64,000 nt of DNA from an uncultured Bacteroidales bacterium (lineage in GTDB: Bacteria > Bacteroidota > Bacteroidia > Bacteroidales > UBA1402): the NCBI GenBank assembly GCA_942493385.1, contig OW818699.1, forward strand, positions 2,454,808 through 2,518,807, written 5' to 3'. The position numbers and the translations under genes are program-made. The notes under the pieces are model-generated. The model was given only the letters and a program-made list of their open reading frames with translations. It ran no database searches and was not told where the DNA came from. Shown here in pieces: positions 26,380 through 37,384 of the stretch; the first letter of the stretch is position 1, and every line of letters begins with the position of its first letter.

Positions 26380-27183
26380 ATGAAGTGGAGATTTCTAATA
26401 ATTATATTGCTGGGTATTAACCTGGTTTCCTGTTCTGACTATCAGAAATTACTGAAAAGTACCGATTATGAATTGAAGTGGAAAAAAGCCAACGAATTCT
26501 ACGAACAGAAAAAATATACCCGTGCCATTGAGTTGCTGGAGGAGCTCCAACCCATTCACAAAGGAACGGACAGAGCTGAACAAACCCTTTTCATGCTGGC
26601 AAACTCGTATTACAACCGAAAGGATTATTATTCTGCTTCAGGCTATTTTGAGACCTATACCAAAACCTATCCGAAGGGTATCTTCGCAGAAGATTGCCGG
26701 TTCTTGGCCGGAAAAGCGGCTTATCTGAATTCTCCGGATCCAAGGTTGACTCAGGAAGAAACCATCAAGGCGATGGACCAGCTGAATGTCTTTCTGGATT
26801 ATTATCCCGAAAGTGACCGACAGCAGGAAGTGATGAAAATGTTGAGCGATTTGCAAGACAAACTGGTTTACAAACAATTGCTGGCGAGCAAGTTGTATTA
26901 TGACTTGGGTGATTATATGGGAAACAATTACCAATCATGCATTATTACCGCCAACAATGCGTTGATGGATTTTCCAGTTTCAAAATACCGGGAGGAATTG
27001 TCCTTCCTAATTCTTAAATCACGATATATGATGGCACTGCAAAGTGTGGATAACCTCAAAATGGAACGTTTCAGGGCTACTCAGGATGAGTATTACAGTT
27101 TTCTGAATGAATTTCCTGAAAGCAAGCACTTAAAAGATGCAGAAGACATCCTCAAAGAATGTAAGAAAATAATCAAAGAATAA
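26380..27183 (+). CDS. bamD: Outer membrane protein assembly factor BamD (TPR lipoprotein)
   Basis: Lipoprotein signal LGINLVSC. TPR-like repeats (YEQKKYTRAIELLE, YYNRKDYYSASGYFE). Synteny with rpoZ. Start moved to ATG 26380, downstream of the -7 box. Confidence 0.85.
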   Translation: MKWRFLIIILLGINLVSCSDYQKLLKSTDYELKWKKANEFYEQKKYTRAIELLEELQPIHKGTDRAEQTLFMLANSYYNRKDYYSASGYFETYTKTYPKGIFAEDCRFLAGKAAYLNSPDPRLTQEETIKAMDQLNVFLDYYPESDRQQEVMKMLSDLQDKLVYKQLLASKLYYDLGDYMGNNYQSCIITANNALMDFPVSKYREELSFLILKSRYMMALQSVDNLKMERFRATQDEYYSFLNEFPESKHLKDAEDILKECKKIIKE

Positions 27184-27195
27184 ATAATCTGAACA

Positions 27196-27525
27196 ATGGA
27201 GTACAAAAAATCAATTCCGAATTCGACTGTAACACGTGACATGAATGCTTTGTGTGAAGACACCGGCAACATCTACGAAACCGTAAAAATCATTTCCAAG
27301 CGTTCCAACCAGATCAGCGTCGAAATGAAATCGGAACTGGAAAAGAAATTGCTGGAATTTGCTTCCTACACCGACAACTTGGAAGAAGTGTTCGAAAACC
27401 GCGAACAAATTGAGATTTCCCGTTTCTATGAAAAGTTGCCTAAAGCTACCTTGATTGCTGCGCAAGAATACATAGACGGAAAAGTCTATCATAAGAATCC
27501 CGCTCGCGAGAAGCTGAAAAAATAA
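27196..27525 (+). CDS. rpoZ: RNA polymerase omega subunit (Bacteroidota long form)
   Basis: NIYETVKIISKRSNQIS core and FENREQIEISRFYEKLPK tail. Conserved position after bamD. Confidence 0.75.
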   Translation: MEYKKSIPNSTVTRDMNALCEDTGNIYETVKIISKRSNQISVEMKSELEKKLLEFASYTDNLEEVFENREQIEISRFYEKLPKATLIAAQEYIDGKVYHKNPAREKLKK

Positions 27526-27526
27526 G

Positions 27527-27985
27527 ATGATACAGCGTATTCAAAGTCTTTGGCTATTTTTGGCCGCCGTCGCTTTGATTGCTGTTCTGTTCCTTCCGGT
27601 CGGTATGTTCAAGATGCCGCACGGATTGTATGAATGCACGGCTTTCAATATGACTCAGGAGGGAGATGTGCTGCCGTTGAATCTGCCCATTTGGCTGATT
27701 GGTACGATTTCTGCTTTGGCTGGATTCCTTTCTTTCTTGTCCATATTCCTGTTTAAGAAACGCAGTAAGCAAATTCGTTTGACTTGGATTGCATTTACTT
27801 TTAAAGCGATCCTTGTCTTTGGATTGGTTGGCCTGTTCGTCTATTTCAAATACGTACTGGATTCTTGGGTCGGCTACGGACCAGCTGTTCTGATGCCGTT
27901 TTTAGGGCTCATTCTAGATTACATGGCCATCAAAGGAATTAAAAAAGACGACGCCCTAGTCAAATCACTGGATCGAATCCGGTAA
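27527..27985 (+). CDS. DUF4293-like integral membrane protein
   Basis: Four predicted TM helices. Conserved position after rpoZ. Confidence 0.6.
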   Translation: MIQRIQSLWLFLAAVALIAVLFLPVGMFKMPHGLYECTAFNMTQEGDVLPLNLPIWLIGTISALAGFLSFLSIFLFKKRSKQIRLTWIAFTFKAILVFGLVGLFVYFKYVLDSWVGYGPAVLMPFLGLILDYMAIKGIKKDDALVKSLDRIR

Positions 27986-28003
27986 AAGTTAAAATACTAG
28001 CTG

Positions 28004-28042
28004 ACAGGCTGTTTCTGAAAAAGAGGCAGCCTGTTTTGTTTT
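28004..28042 (+). terminator. Rho-independent terminator after the bamD operon
   Basis: Stem ACAGGCTG (28004-28011) / CAGCCTGT (28027-28034), then TTTGTTTT. Confidence 0.75.
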
Positions 28043-28061
28043 GATGCTCTGCGAGATTGCT

Positions 28062-28727
28062 TTATTTGTTGCCGGTAAGTTGGAAAAGAAGGTACAAATT
28101 TAGAGTAATAACCTGCAGATCCGAAGTCACGAAATCTTCACCAATGGCGTCATTGAAAATATTGGACAAATTGTAGCAATACCGGCCTTCCAAACCCAAT
28201 ACGGTCGGTCCAAGGTGCACTTCAAAACCTCCTCCGCCCAGAACACCATACTGAAAAGGCCTTTCGACAAGCTTGCCAATTTGCGGAAAAACGACAGGGC
28301 TTCTGTCCACTTCGGATTCAGACAGCAAATAACTGAACTTTGGCCCGATGTTCAAAAAGAAACGAGCAGCTCCAATAGATGTATAGGTATGCATCAAAAA
28401 AGGCACCTCGACGAAATTCATTCGCCTCCGATAGGAATAATTAGCAGCATTCTTTTGACCGAAATAATCTTCCAACCAACCTGATTCCATATAATTGCAT
28501 TCCAACTGAAATCCAAAATGATTTTCGCTGATGTATCGGAGGGTCAAACCTCCGTTTTTACCCAGTGAATACATCTTGTCAACGTATTTGGGAACCAAGG
28601 TCATGGTTGATGCAGAAGCTCCTGCAGTAGGCCCTACATACCATTCGCTCAACGTGTTGTATTGCGCGGAAAGCGACAGGCTAAAAAGTGGGAAAAGACA
28701 GGTGAACAGTATTTTTGAGAACTTCAT
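28062..28727 (-). CDS. Small outer-membrane beta-barrel protein (porin-family / PorT-like)
   Basis: Signal peptide, about 200-aa alternating beta pattern, 221 aa. Assignment to PorT specifically is not verifiable by eye. Confidence 0.55.
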   Translation of the reverse strand: MKFSKILFTCLFPLFSLSLSAQYNTLSEWYVGPTAGASASTMTLVPKYVDKMYSLGKNGGLTLRYISENHFGFQLECNYMESGWLEDYFGQKNAANYSYRRRMNFVEVPFLMHTYTSIGAARFFLNIGPKFSYLLSESEVDRSPVVFPQIGKLVERPFQYGVLGGGGFEVHLGPTVLGLEGRYCYNLSNIFNDAIGEDFVTSDLQVITLNLYLLFQLTGNK

Positions 28728-28738
28728 GTAGCTGGTTT

Positions 28739-30172
28739 CTATTCGTTCATGACCTTCACTTTCACCTCATTGTCGGGGGTGTAATTAATGATGTAGAAGC
28801 ATTGGTTGCTGGCACCGCTTAAAGGGCTGCTGGTGCCAAATTTGAATACATTTTGCAATGGGGAGAGGTAAGGTGCTGTGTCAAGTACTTCCGATTTCTC
28901 AAATACCATTCGAGGGATGAAATATCCAGCGATGTCATAGCCCATCATTCCGTATTTTGGATAGGTGTTCAACAGGTTTTGATCGTAAGTTTGATTGAAC
29001 AAGATCTGAAAATCGCGAACATTTTTTTGCTGTACATCAGCATAAAAATTTGAATAAATGATGGTATTCAATTCGAAGAGGTATTTCTGGTAGCTCTTGT
29101 TGGTAGCCATCCAATCGGGATAACCAACCAAAGTCATTTGAATACTGGGATTGGCTTTGTGAAATGCACCCAACCTAGTCAATAAGTTGTTGGTTTCCTG
29201 CATGTTCATTGGCGTTGGCATGATTTGGTTCAGCTTTGTGTCCGAAAGCGCTTTCGTCAGCAATTCCAGATTTTCATCATCGGGCACATCTAAAAATGGG
29301 ATGCCCAACCGTTGGAACTTTGCCTTGACTTTGGGTATGAGCTGTGCCCTCACATCGGAGTCGTCCACATTGGATTTCAGAAAGATGATGTTGCTGCCTC
29401 TAGTTCGTTGAGATGCATAATCAGCCAGACGATCGAACATATAGGTATGCGGTGTGATGGTTTGAAACAAGTACGGATTGTTATCCATTTCTGAAACTCT
29501 GGAACTGAAAGGAAGAATCAGGTAGTGCCTGTTCTTTTTGGCCCAATCGGATAACAATGAAATTTGTTCCGGACTTACGCCACCGATGCAATAATCGGTT
29601 TCATCCAACTTGCCACTCTCCAAGAGTTTGGTGACAGTTTCTGCATCGTGTCCGCTTTCAAGGGCTTGCACTTCGAAGGATAATCCCATGCTTTTAAGAC
29701 TGTCCACGGCTAGAAGCAAACCTTCGTAAAATTCTACATACCGTTCGTTGGAGCCAGGAGCGCTGTTAGGAGCAAAGGGTAAGAGAACAGTAATGCGGGG
29801 TTTGTCGGTGGAAAAATACAGCGTATTCTTGCGTTTTTCATTTCCAGATGCAGAACGGACAGCAGTATCCTTCGTTTTTACCGGTTGAACCTGATCAATC
29901 TCATCGACCGCAGTTTTGTTATCCTGAATTGGTATCAACAAAGTTTGTCCACTTTTAAGCCCATTGACAATGGTCGGATTCATGGATAGCAGCATGGCTT
30001 CGGTCACACCAAATCGTCTGCAAAGGGAATAGATGGTCTCTTTGGACTTGACTTCGTACTTATAATAGGTTTTTTCAAAAAGTTTGACCGTGGGTACATC
30101 CTTGACCTGACAGAAACTGTTCACATTGCAAGCGAACACGATCATAAACAGAAAAAGCAAACGTTTTGACAT
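28739..30172 (-). CDS. LysM-domain protein with periplasmic-binding-protein-like C-terminal domain
   Basis: LysM segment YKYEVKSKETIYSLCRRFGVTEAMLLSMNPTIVNGLKSGQTLLIP. Signal peptide. The PBP-like assignment of the C-terminal 340 aa is tentative. Confidence 0.7.
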   Translation of the reverse strand: MSKRLLFLFMIVFACNVNSFCQVKDVPTVKLFEKTYYKYEVKSKETIYSLCRRFGVTEAMLLSMNPTIVNGLKSGQTLLIPIQDNKTAVDEIDQVQPVKTKDTAVRSASGNEKRKNTLYFSTDKPRITVLLPFAPNSAPGSNERYVEFYEGLLLAVDSLKSMGLSFEVQALESGHDAETVTKLLESGKLDETDYCIGGVSPEQISLLSDWAKKNRHYLILPFSSRVSEMDNNPYLFQTITPHTYMFDRLADYASQRTRGSNIIFLKSNVDDSDVRAQLIPKVKAKFQRLGIPFLDVPDDENLELLTKALSDTKLNQIMPTPMNMQETNNLLTRLGAFHKANPSIQMTLVGYPDWMATNKSYQKYLFELNTIIYSNFYADVQQKNVRDFQILFNQTYDQNLLNTYPKYGMMGYDIAGYFIPRMVFEKSEVLDTAPYLSPLQNVFKFGTSSPLSGASNQCFYIINYTPDNEVKVKVMNE

Positions 30173-30194
30173 AGTCAGAAGGTTTTTGGAGTAA

Positions 30195-30202
30195 CAAAAA
30201 TA
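30195..30202 (-). promoter_or_regulatory. -7 box TATTTTTG for the LysM/porin operon
   Basis: Plus strand reads CAAAAATA. 23 nt upstream of ATG 30172. Confidence 0.45.
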
Positions 30203-30225
30203 CGGGAATTTTCGGTAGGAAATCG

Positions 30226-30233
30226 TATCTTTG
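30226..30233 (+). promoter_or_regulatory. -7 box TATCTTTG for the 30260 operon
   Basis: Exact TAnnTTTG. 27 nt before ATG 30260. Confidence 0.45.
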
Positions 30234-30259
30234 ATGGATTTTTCGACGAATCGGGAACA

Positions 30260-31573
30260 ATGAAAAAAAATAGTGTCTTTCTTTTGGCTGTATGCTTGAC
30301 TGCGACGATTTGTCAGGCACAGTTTTCTGCTTCAGGAGACTCAAACGGAGCTCCTTTTGCAGTGACTCCATTAACCAATACCGGGCTGGACAGAGTGTTC
30401 GTTTACAAGGACGCTACCAATGCCGTTTTGAACTATTCCACATCGACCCCCTCGGACTGGACCTGGTTTCGGTATGAACAGGATCCTGCAACGGCAACGG
30501 CCGTCGCAGCTTCAGATGTTCTAATTTCAGCAACGGAAACGGTGTTGAGTTCTGTTCAAAGTGGTTACGGTTACTTTGTACAATCAGGCTCAGGGATTAA
30601 GCATTATTGTTTCATAGTCGGCTATTTGCCTGCAACCGTCAATGACATCACGTTTACGACAGAAGGGGATGTCTGCACCAATCTGAGCTTGAAAGTCACT
30701 GCTACAGTTGACAACTTATATTATTATTCCACTTCTGCACTGCGAAAAACGTTGAGCCGTGAGTTCAGCCTCACCTGGAACAGTTTGGAATGGGATGCTG
30801 CCAGCAAAACCTACAAGACAAAGGAGATGAATTCGACCTCTACGAACCTGAGTTACAACTGGTCCGTGACAGCGCCGCTTTGCAACACCAATTTTACACT
30901 GAAGGGCGACCAGTATGCCAACTATTTCGGCAGTTCGCTCAACGTTTCCAGTGCGCTTTACAATGCTGTTGCCGTACAAACAAACGCCTTGGCTGTACCG
31001 CAGATTCACGATGGGACCAATGAGCTGGACAAAGCAACCGTAGTGGATTATCCGAGTGGATCCTCACCTTCAGGGCCTGCGCCGTTGGTCATGGATTTCT
31101 ACAGTTATCCCAGTGAGGCAGCGACTTTTTACGAATGGTTCCTTTTTGACACGGAGGACGGAACAGGTACTTATAAAAGGTATAGTGATGAGAATCTGAA
31201 CCATACCTTCATGCAGAGCGGCAAGTTTCTGGTGAAACTTTACGTCAGCAACAGCACCTGTAAGGATTCCGCATCGTATACCATGGTTGTTTCAGAATCA
31301 AAACTGGATTGCCCGAACTTTTTCACGCCTCGCTCCACTCCGGGTGAGAACGACGAATTCAGAGTGGCTTACCGTTCCATCGTCAAATTCAAGGGCACCA
31401 TCATCAACCGTTGGGGAAACGTGCTTTTTGAATGGACAGATCCTTCACAAGGTTGGAACGGAACGTTCAAAGGCAAGGCGGTTACACCCGGTGTTTACTT
31501 TTACCTGATTGAGGCAAAGGGTTCTGACGGGATTGTCTATAAGAAAAAAGGAGATATTAACTTACTAGAATAG
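30260..31573 (+). CDS. Secreted protein with PKD-like domain and T9SS type B (gliding-motility-associated) C-terminal sorting domain
   Basis: C-terminus CPNFFTPRSTPGENDEFRV..IINRWGNVLFEW..GWNGTFKGKAVTPGVYFYLIEAKG..KKKGDINLLE matches the type B CTD pattern. Signal peptide present. Confidence 0.8.
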   Translation: MKKNSVFLLAVCLTATICQAQFSASGDSNGAPFAVTPLTNTGLDRVFVYKDATNAVLNYSTSTPSDWTWFRYEQDPATATAVAASDVLISATETVLSSVQSGYGYFVQSGSGIKHYCFIVGYLPATVNDITFTTEGDVCTNLSLKVTATVDNLYYYSTSALRKTLSREFSLTWNSLEWDAASKTYKTKEMNSTSTNLSYNWSVTAPLCNTNFTLKGDQYANYFGSSLNVSSALYNAVAVQTNALAVPQIHDGTNELDKATVVDYPSGSSPSGPAPLVMDFYSYPSEAATFYEWFLFDTEDGTGTYKRYSDENLNHTFMQSGKFLVKLYVSNSTCKDSASYTMVVSESKLDCPNFFTPRSTPGENDEFRVAYRSIVKFKGTIINRWGNVLFEWTDPSQGWNGTFKGKAVTPGVYFYLIEAKGSDGIVYKKKGDINLLE

Positions 31574-31581
31574 AAGTGTTT

Positions 31582-32616
31582 ATGATGTATCTGAAAGGAT
31601 TTCTGACGATTTCAACCCTACTTTTTTTGATGACGGGTTACCTATCTGCAGAAACAGAAGCCAATCCCAAAAAGGCAAAGAAAGTGGTGGAACAGGTGGT
31701 TGTGCAACCGGAAGTTCCAATTGCAGCGCCGGTGGTTGTGGTGGAAGAAAAGTCCCCCTTCACGGCCGTTGCTCCCGAGGTTCCTGACGAAATTGAATTC
31801 TGCGGAAATAGGATCGATTTGACACGCAACGATTTGAGAGAACGTTTTGACAGGGAGCTTATGGCCATGATCTACATGCATACCTCGTCTTTGACTTTGC
31901 TCAAACGTGCCAACCGATTTTTTCCCATAATAGAGCGGATTCTCAAGGATAGCGGCGTTCCTGACGACATCAAATACCTGGCTTGCATAGAAAGTACCTT
32001 GAGCCCCATCGCCATTTCTTCTGCCAAGGCGGTAGGAATGTGGCAGTTCATGCCAGAAACCGCCAAGCAGTTTGGTTTGGAAGTTTCGGGCGATGTCGAT
32101 GAACGCTACCATGTGGAAAAGGAAACCGGAGCAGCCTGCAAATACTTGAAGGATGCCTATGCAAAATACGGAGACTGGCCATCGGCCTGTGCCTCCTACA
32201 ACATTGGAACAAATCGCATTACGACAGAACTGCAGCGTCAGGGTGTCAGTACCGGATTGGATTTGTGGTTGGTGGAAGAAACCTCCCGCTATGTATTCCG
32301 CATTCTGGCCTGCAAGGAATTTCTGTCCCATCCACAAAAATATGGATATTTAATCCGAAAGGACCAACTGTATCAACCCATCGAATGCAGGGATACGCTT
32401 ATTACTGGCCGGGTTCCGAATTGGATTGACTTTGCCAAACAGCAGGGCATCAACTTCTACGACTTGAAATTGGTGAATTCGTGGATTCGCAACGACAGTC
32501 TTCCCAACCTGGAGATGAAAACTTATAAAGTGGCTATTCCCTTGAAGGAGAGCCTGAATTTTGATAAAAAGAAGCTCCTAGTTCATAAAAAGGAATGGGT
32601 GATCGATCCGAATTGA
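31582..32616 (+). CDS. Lytic transglycosylase (SLT domain, MltD-like)
   Basis: [33 protein letters not shown] contains the catalytic Glu-Ser motif of the SLT family, followed by AYNIG. ATG 31582 preferred to the track GTG 31576. Confidence 0.85.
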   Translation: MMYLKGFLTISTLLFLMTGYLSAETEANPKKAKKVVEQVVVQPEVPIAAPVVVVEEKSPFTAVAPEVPDEIEFCGNRIDLTRNDLRERFDRELMAMIYMHTSSLTLLKRANRFFPIIERILKDSGVPDDIKYLACIESTLSPIAISSAKAVGMWQFMPETAKQFGLEVSGDVDERYHVEKETGAACKYLKDAYAKYGDWPSACASYNIGTNRITTELQRQGVSTGLDLWLVEETSRYVFRILACKEFLSHPQKYGYLIRKDQLYQPIECRDTLITGRVPNWIDFAKQQGINFYDLKLVNSWIRNDSLPNLEMKTYKVAIPLKESLNFDKKKLLVHKKEWVIDPN

Positions 32617-32618
32617 TT

Positions 32619-35441
32619 ATGGAAGAACAAGAATTGGTCTGTGTGTACGGTGCCCGTGTACACAACCTTAAAAATATTGACGTACAGATACCGAGGGATT
32701 CGCTGGTGGTCATCACCGGTTTGAGCGGCAGCGGTAAATCTTCGTTGGCCTTCGACACCATCTTTGCCGAAGGGCAGCGGCGGTACATCGAGACGTTTTC
32801 GTCTTACGCTCGAAACTTTCTGGGAGGTCTGGAGCGTCCGGATGTGGATAAGATCACCGGTCTGAGTCCAGTCATTTCCATCGAACAGAAAACGACGAAC
32901 AAGAACCCGCGTTCCACCGTTGGTACCAGTACCGAAATCTACGATTACCTGCGTTTGCTCTACGCCAGGGCAGGGGAAGCGTATTCGTATGTGACCGGTG
33001 AGAGAATGGTCAAGTATACGGAAGATAAGATTTTGGAATTGATACTGAACGACTACGAAGACCAGCGCATTTACTTGCTTGCACCCGTCGTTCGCACCCG
33101 TAAGGGTCACTATAAAGAACTCTTTGAGAACTTACGCAGAAAGGGTTACCTGAATGTCCGAGTTGATGGGGAACTCCGCGAGATCACCCACGGAATGAAG
33201 CTGGACCGCTACAAAAACCACGATGTGGAAGTGGTCATCGACAAGCTGCACATTACCGAAAAAGAGTTGAAACGCATCAAGCAAAGCCTGCAGATTGCAA
33301 TGCGTCAGGGCGATGGCATCGTTATGGTGCTGAATAAGGACGGCAACGACTTGAGGCATTTCAGCCGACGGCTGATGTGTCCCACCAGTGGCATTTCTTA
33401 CAACGAACCAGCTCCGAACAACTTTTCATTCAACTCCCCGCAGGGCATGTGTCCGCGTTGCAAAGGCATAGGCACCGTCAATCTAGTGGATATTGATCTC
33501 ATCATTCCGGATCGGGAGCAAAACATACACAGCGGGGGCATCATTCCACTCGGCAAATACAGGGATTCCCTGCTTTTCTGGCAGATTGAAGCACTCGGCA
33601 CCAAATGGGGATTCACTTTAAAAACACCCATCAAAGACATTCCGGACGAAGCCATCGATGAAATCCTGAACGGTACGGAAGAAAGCCTTCACATACACAA
33701 CCGCTCGCTTGGCAATTCCAATTACTACGTTGATTTCGACGGGGTCATCAAGTTCATTACCATGCAGCAAGACGAAGAATCGTCCTCCGAAGCTCAGAAG
33801 TGGGCTCAACAGTTCATTCGGACTGGCAATTGTCCCGAATGTGGAGGTCAACGGCTCAACAAAGAAGCCTTGCATTTCAGGATGCACGATAAGAACATTG
33901 CTGAACTTTCCAAGATGGACATCTCCGAACTGGCTGATTTCCTGGATTCTATAGACGAGCATTTGTCGGAGAAACAGCGGCTCATCGCCGTTGAGATTCT
34001 CAAGGAAATCCGTTCCCGACTCAGTTTTCTGCTGAACGTCGGCTTGGATTACCTTTCGTTGAATCGGGCTTCCGCATCGCTTTCTGGTGGAGAAAACCAA
34101 CGCATTCGGCTTGCCACGCAAATCGGATCGCAATTGGTGAACGTCCTATATATTTTGGATGAACCCAGCATCGGACTCCATCAACGCGACAACAACCGCT
34201 TGATCAGTTCATTGAAAACCCTTCGCGACAGCGGAAATTCCGTCATAGTAGTGGAACACGACAAGGACATGATGATGGCCTCCGATTACATTGTGGATTT
34301 GGGTCCAAGAGCTGGAAGACACGGTGGCGAGGTTGTTTTTTCAGGAACTCCGGCAGAAATGATGCAGGCAGACACCCTGACCTCCAGATACTTGAACGGC
34401 CATCAGAAAATTGAAGTACCGTTACAAAGACGCAAGGGCAATGGTAAAAAGATCGTTCTTAAAGGTTGTACCGGCAACAACCTCAAAAAAGTGGATGTGG
34501 AATTTCCGTTGGGCAAACTGATCCTGGTGACAGGCGTTTCTGGCAGCGGTAAATCAACCCTCATCAACGATACACTGCAACCCATTCTGAGTCAGTACTA
34601 TTACCGTTCTCTCCAAGAAGCATTGCCCTATGAATCCATTGAAGGCATTGACCTGATCGACAAGATTGTCAGTGTGGACCAATCGCCGCTGGGACGCAGT
34701 CCGCGTTCGAATCCGGCCACCTATACCAGCGTTTACTCCGATATCCGCAACTTGTTTGTCAACATGCCAGAGGCGAAAATTCGCGGTTACAAGCCGGGGC
34801 GCTTTTCGTTCAATGTGGTGGGCGGTCGATGCGAAACCTGTCGTGGAAACGGTTACAAGACCATCGAGATGAAATTCCTGCCCGACGTGCTGGTGCCTTG
34901 CGAGGACTGTCAGGGCAAACGGTTCAACCGAGAAACGCTGGAAGTTCGATTTAAGGGCAAATCGATTGCCGATGTGCTGGACATGACCATCAACGTAGCG
35001 GTTGAATTCTTTGAGAACCAGCCACAGATACTGCACAAGATCAAGACGATGCAGGATGTAGGCCTTGGTTATATCCGCTTGGGACAGCCTTCGACCACGC
35101 TTTCGGGCGGTGAGAACCAACGTGTGAAATTGGCTAAGGAACTGGCAAAGCGGGACACGGGCAAGACGCTTTACGTATTGGACGAACCCACCACCGGCTT
35201 GCATTTCGACGATATTCGGGTGTTGATGGGCGTTTTGAACCGTCTGTGCGACAAAGGCAACACCATCATCGTGATCGAACACAACCTGGATGTGATCAAG
35301 ATGGCCGACCACGTTATCGACATCGGTCCAGAAGGCGGTCGAGGCGGCGGCAAGATTCTTTTCACGGGTACGCCCGAAGACTTGGTGAAATGCAAGGAAA
35401 GTTTCACCGGATTGTATTTAAAACACGAACTGAACGCATAA
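32619..35441 (+). CDS. uvrA: Excinuclease ABC subunit A
   Basis: Two ABC modules ([14 protein letters not shown]; [14 protein letters not shown]), zinc-finger cysteines (CPRCKGIG; CPECGGQR; [16 protein letters not shown]). 940 aa from [20 protein letters not shown]. Confidence 0.96.
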   Translation: MEEQELVCVYGARVHNLKNIDVQIPRDSLVVITGLSGSGKSSLAFDTIFAEGQRRYIETFSSYARNFLGGLERPDVDKITGLSPVISIEQKTTNKNPRSTVGTSTEIYDYLRLLYARAGEAYSYVTGERMVKYTEDKILELILNDYEDQRIYLLAPVVRTRKGHYKELFENLRRKGYLNVRVDGELREITHGMKLDRYKNHDVEVVIDKLHITEKELKRIKQSLQIAMRQGDGIVMVLNKDGNDLRHFSRRLMCPTSGISYNEPAPNNFSFNSPQGMCPRCKGIGTVNLVDIDLIIPDREQNIHSGGIIPLGKYRDSLLFWQIEALGTKWGFTLKTPIKDIPDEAIDEILNGTEESLHIHNRSLGNSNYYVDFDGVIKFITMQQDEESSSEAQKWAQQFIRTGNCPECGGQRLNKEALHFRMHDKNIAELSKMDISELADFLDSIDEHLSEKQRLIAVEILKEIRSRLSFLLNVGLDYLSLNRASASLSGGENQRIRLATQIGSQLVNVLYILDEPSIGLHQRDNNRLISSLKTLRDSGNSVIVVEHDKDMMMASDYIVDLGPRAGRHGGEVVFSGTPAEMMQADTLTSRYLNGHQKIEVPLQRRKGNGKKIVLKGCTGNNLKKVDVEFPLGKLILVTGVSGSGKSTLINDTLQPILSQYYYRSLQEALPYESIEGIDLIDKIVSVDQSPLGRSPRSNPATYTSVYSDIRNLFVNMPEAKIRGYKPGRFSFNVVGGRCETCRGNGYKTIEMKFLPDVLVPCEDCQGKRFNRETLEVRFKGKSIADVLDMTINVAVEFFENQPQILHKIKTMQDVGLGYIRLGQPSTTLSGGENQRVKLAKELAKRDTGKTLYVLDEPTTGLHFDDIRVLMGVLNRLCDKGNTIIVIEHNLDVIKMADHVIDIGPEGGRGGGKILFTGTPEDLVKCKESFTGLYLKHELNA

Positions 35442-37339
35442 TGGCGAATCCCATAGCATATCTGCAGGTCGAGGGACTGACCAAATCGTTTGGCGACCTG
35501 CTGCTTTACAAAAATCTGTCGTTCGGCATTGCGGAAGGACAACGTGTGGCATTGATCGCCAAAAACGGTACTGGAAAAACCACTTTGCTGAACATATTGG
35601 CCGGATTGGAAGACTACGAAGCCGGTGCAGTGGTATTCAGACGCGACCTCAGGGTGAGCTATCTGCAACAGGAGCCGGGCTTTTCAGGCGATTTGACGGT
35701 ACTGGAAGCCTGTTTTCAATCGGACAACATCATTATCCGTACCATAGCTGGTTACGAAGCGTTTATGATCCGTGAAGATCAGCACCATCCACATCCGGAA
35801 GGGGAAAAATTGGAAGATCACTTGCACATGATGGATTACCACAAAGCGTGGGATTATGAAGTGCGGGTGAAACAAATTCTTTCACAACTGAAAATCAAGG
35901 ACTTTGAGCAACCCATCGCACATCTGTCCGGTGGACAGGTCAAAAGGGTAGCCTTGGCAAATGCGTTGATCACGGAGCCGGATTTGCTCATTTTGGATGA
36001 ACCAACCAACCATTTGGACTTGGAAATGATCGAATGGCTGGAATCTTACCTGATCAAATCTGGCATCAGCTTGCTGATGGTGACCCACGACCGGTATTTT
36101 CTGGACAGGGTTTGCAACATGATCCTTGAAATCGATCATGGGCAAATATTCAGCTATTCAGGCAATTATACCTATTATTTGGAAAAGCATCAGGAACGCA
36201 TCGAAGTGTTCAATGCCGAATTGGATCGAGCCAACAACCTGTTTCGCAAGGAGTTGGATTGGATGCGACGCATGCCACAAGCGCGTGCTACCAAAGCCAA
36301 GGCTCGTCAGGATGCTTTTTACGATTTGGAAGATAAGGTCAGCGTGAGGCGGGTGGATGATGCCGTAAGTTTGAACGTCAAGGCTTCCTACCTGGGTTCC
36401 AAGATTTTTGAGGCCAAATACATCTCCAAAGCATTCGGTGATACGGTTTTGCTGAAAGATTTCTACTACAATTTCGCTCGATTCGAAAAAGTGGGCATTG
36501 TGGGTAAGAATGGTACGGGTAAAACCACCTTTTTACGCATGCTGATGGGTCAGGAACAACCGGACAGCGGTTCGTTCGACATCGGTGAAACCGTCCAGTT
36601 CGCCTACTACAGCCAGGATGGGTTGAAGTTCAACGAACAAATGAAAGTTATTGACGTGGTTCGGGAAATTGCGGATGAAATTAGTCTGGGAGACGGTAAA
36701 AAGCTTTCGGCCTCCCAATTCTTGCAGCATTTCTTGTTTACGCCCGAATCACAACATAATTTTGTTTTCAAGCTATCCGGCGGTGAGAAACGCAGGTTGC
36801 ATTTGTGTACCGTTCTGATGCGGAATCCAAATTTCTTGGTGCTTGATGAGCCAACCAACGACCTGGATATCATGACAATGAACATTTTGGAGGATTACCT
36901 TCAAAATTTCAAGGGCTGTGTGTTGGTGGTTTCGCACGACCGGTATTTCATGGACAAGATCGTGGACCACTTATTGGTTTTCGAAGGTCAGGGCAAAGTC
37001 AAGGATTTTCCGGGCAACTACACGCAATACCGTGACTGGCGGGAACAATTGGATGATGCGGAAAAACAGAAAAAAAAGACGCTCAAACCCATTGCAGAAA
37101 CCGTTGTTGTGAAAGAACGTCCCCGCAAGCTTTCGTACAAGGAACAAAAGGAATACGAAGCTCTGGAACAGGAGATTGAAGCCCTTGAAACGGAGAAAGC
37201 TCAAGTTGAGGCATCCCTTAGTTCTGGCAACCATTCCGGGCCTGAAATCGAAAAACTTTCCGTCCGTTTTTCCGAATTGGATCGAATAATTGACGAAAAG
37301 ACTCAACGATGGATGGAATTGAGCGAGTTGGCCGATTGA
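35441..37339 (+). CDS. ABC-F family ATPase (Uup-like, C-terminal coiled coil)
   Basis: Two NBDs without TM domains (AKNGTGKTTLLN; GKNGTGKTTFLR; LSGGQVKRVALA; LSGGEKRRLHL). ATG overlaps the uvrA stop (TAATG). Confidence 0.9.
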   Translation: MANPIAYLQVEGLTKSFGDLLLYKNLSFGIAEGQRVALIAKNGTGKTTLLNILAGLEDYEAGAVVFRRDLRVSYLQQEPGFSGDLTVLEACFQSDNIIIRTIAGYEAFMIREDQHHPHPEGEKLEDHLHMMDYHKAWDYEVRVKQILSQLKIKDFEQPIAHLSGGQVKRVALANALITEPDLLILDEPTNHLDLEMIEWLESYLIKSGISLLMVTHDRYFLDRVCNMILEIDHGQIFSYSGNYTYYLEKHQERIEVFNAELDRANNLFRKELDWMRRMPQARATKAKARQDAFYDLEDKVSVRRVDDAVSLNVKASYLGSKIFEAKYISKAFGDTVLLKDFYYNFARFEKVGIVGKNGTGKTTFLRMLMGQEQPDSGSFDIGETVQFAYYSQDGLKFNEQMKVIDVVREIADEISLGDGKKLSASQFLQHFLFTPESQHNFVFKLSGGEKRRLHLCTVLMRNPNFLVLDEPTNDLDIMTMNILEDYLQNFKGCVLVVSHDRYFMDKIVDHLLVFEGQGKVKDFPGNYTQYRDWREQLDDAEKQKKKTLKPIAETVVVKERPRKLSYKEQKEYEALEQEIEALETEKAQVEASLSSGNHSGPEIEKLSVRFSELDRIIDEKTQRWMELSELAD

Positions 37340-37384
37340 ATTTGAAGAAATTTTATTTATTTTGCTCACCTTAACTACGCAATC

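Noticed and set aside
35246-35440. Arg/His-rich 65-aa N-terminal extension of the ABC-F ORF.
   Set aside because: It lies entirely inside the uvrA coding sequence in another frame. [18 protein letters not shown] at ATG 35441 is the canonical ABC-F start.
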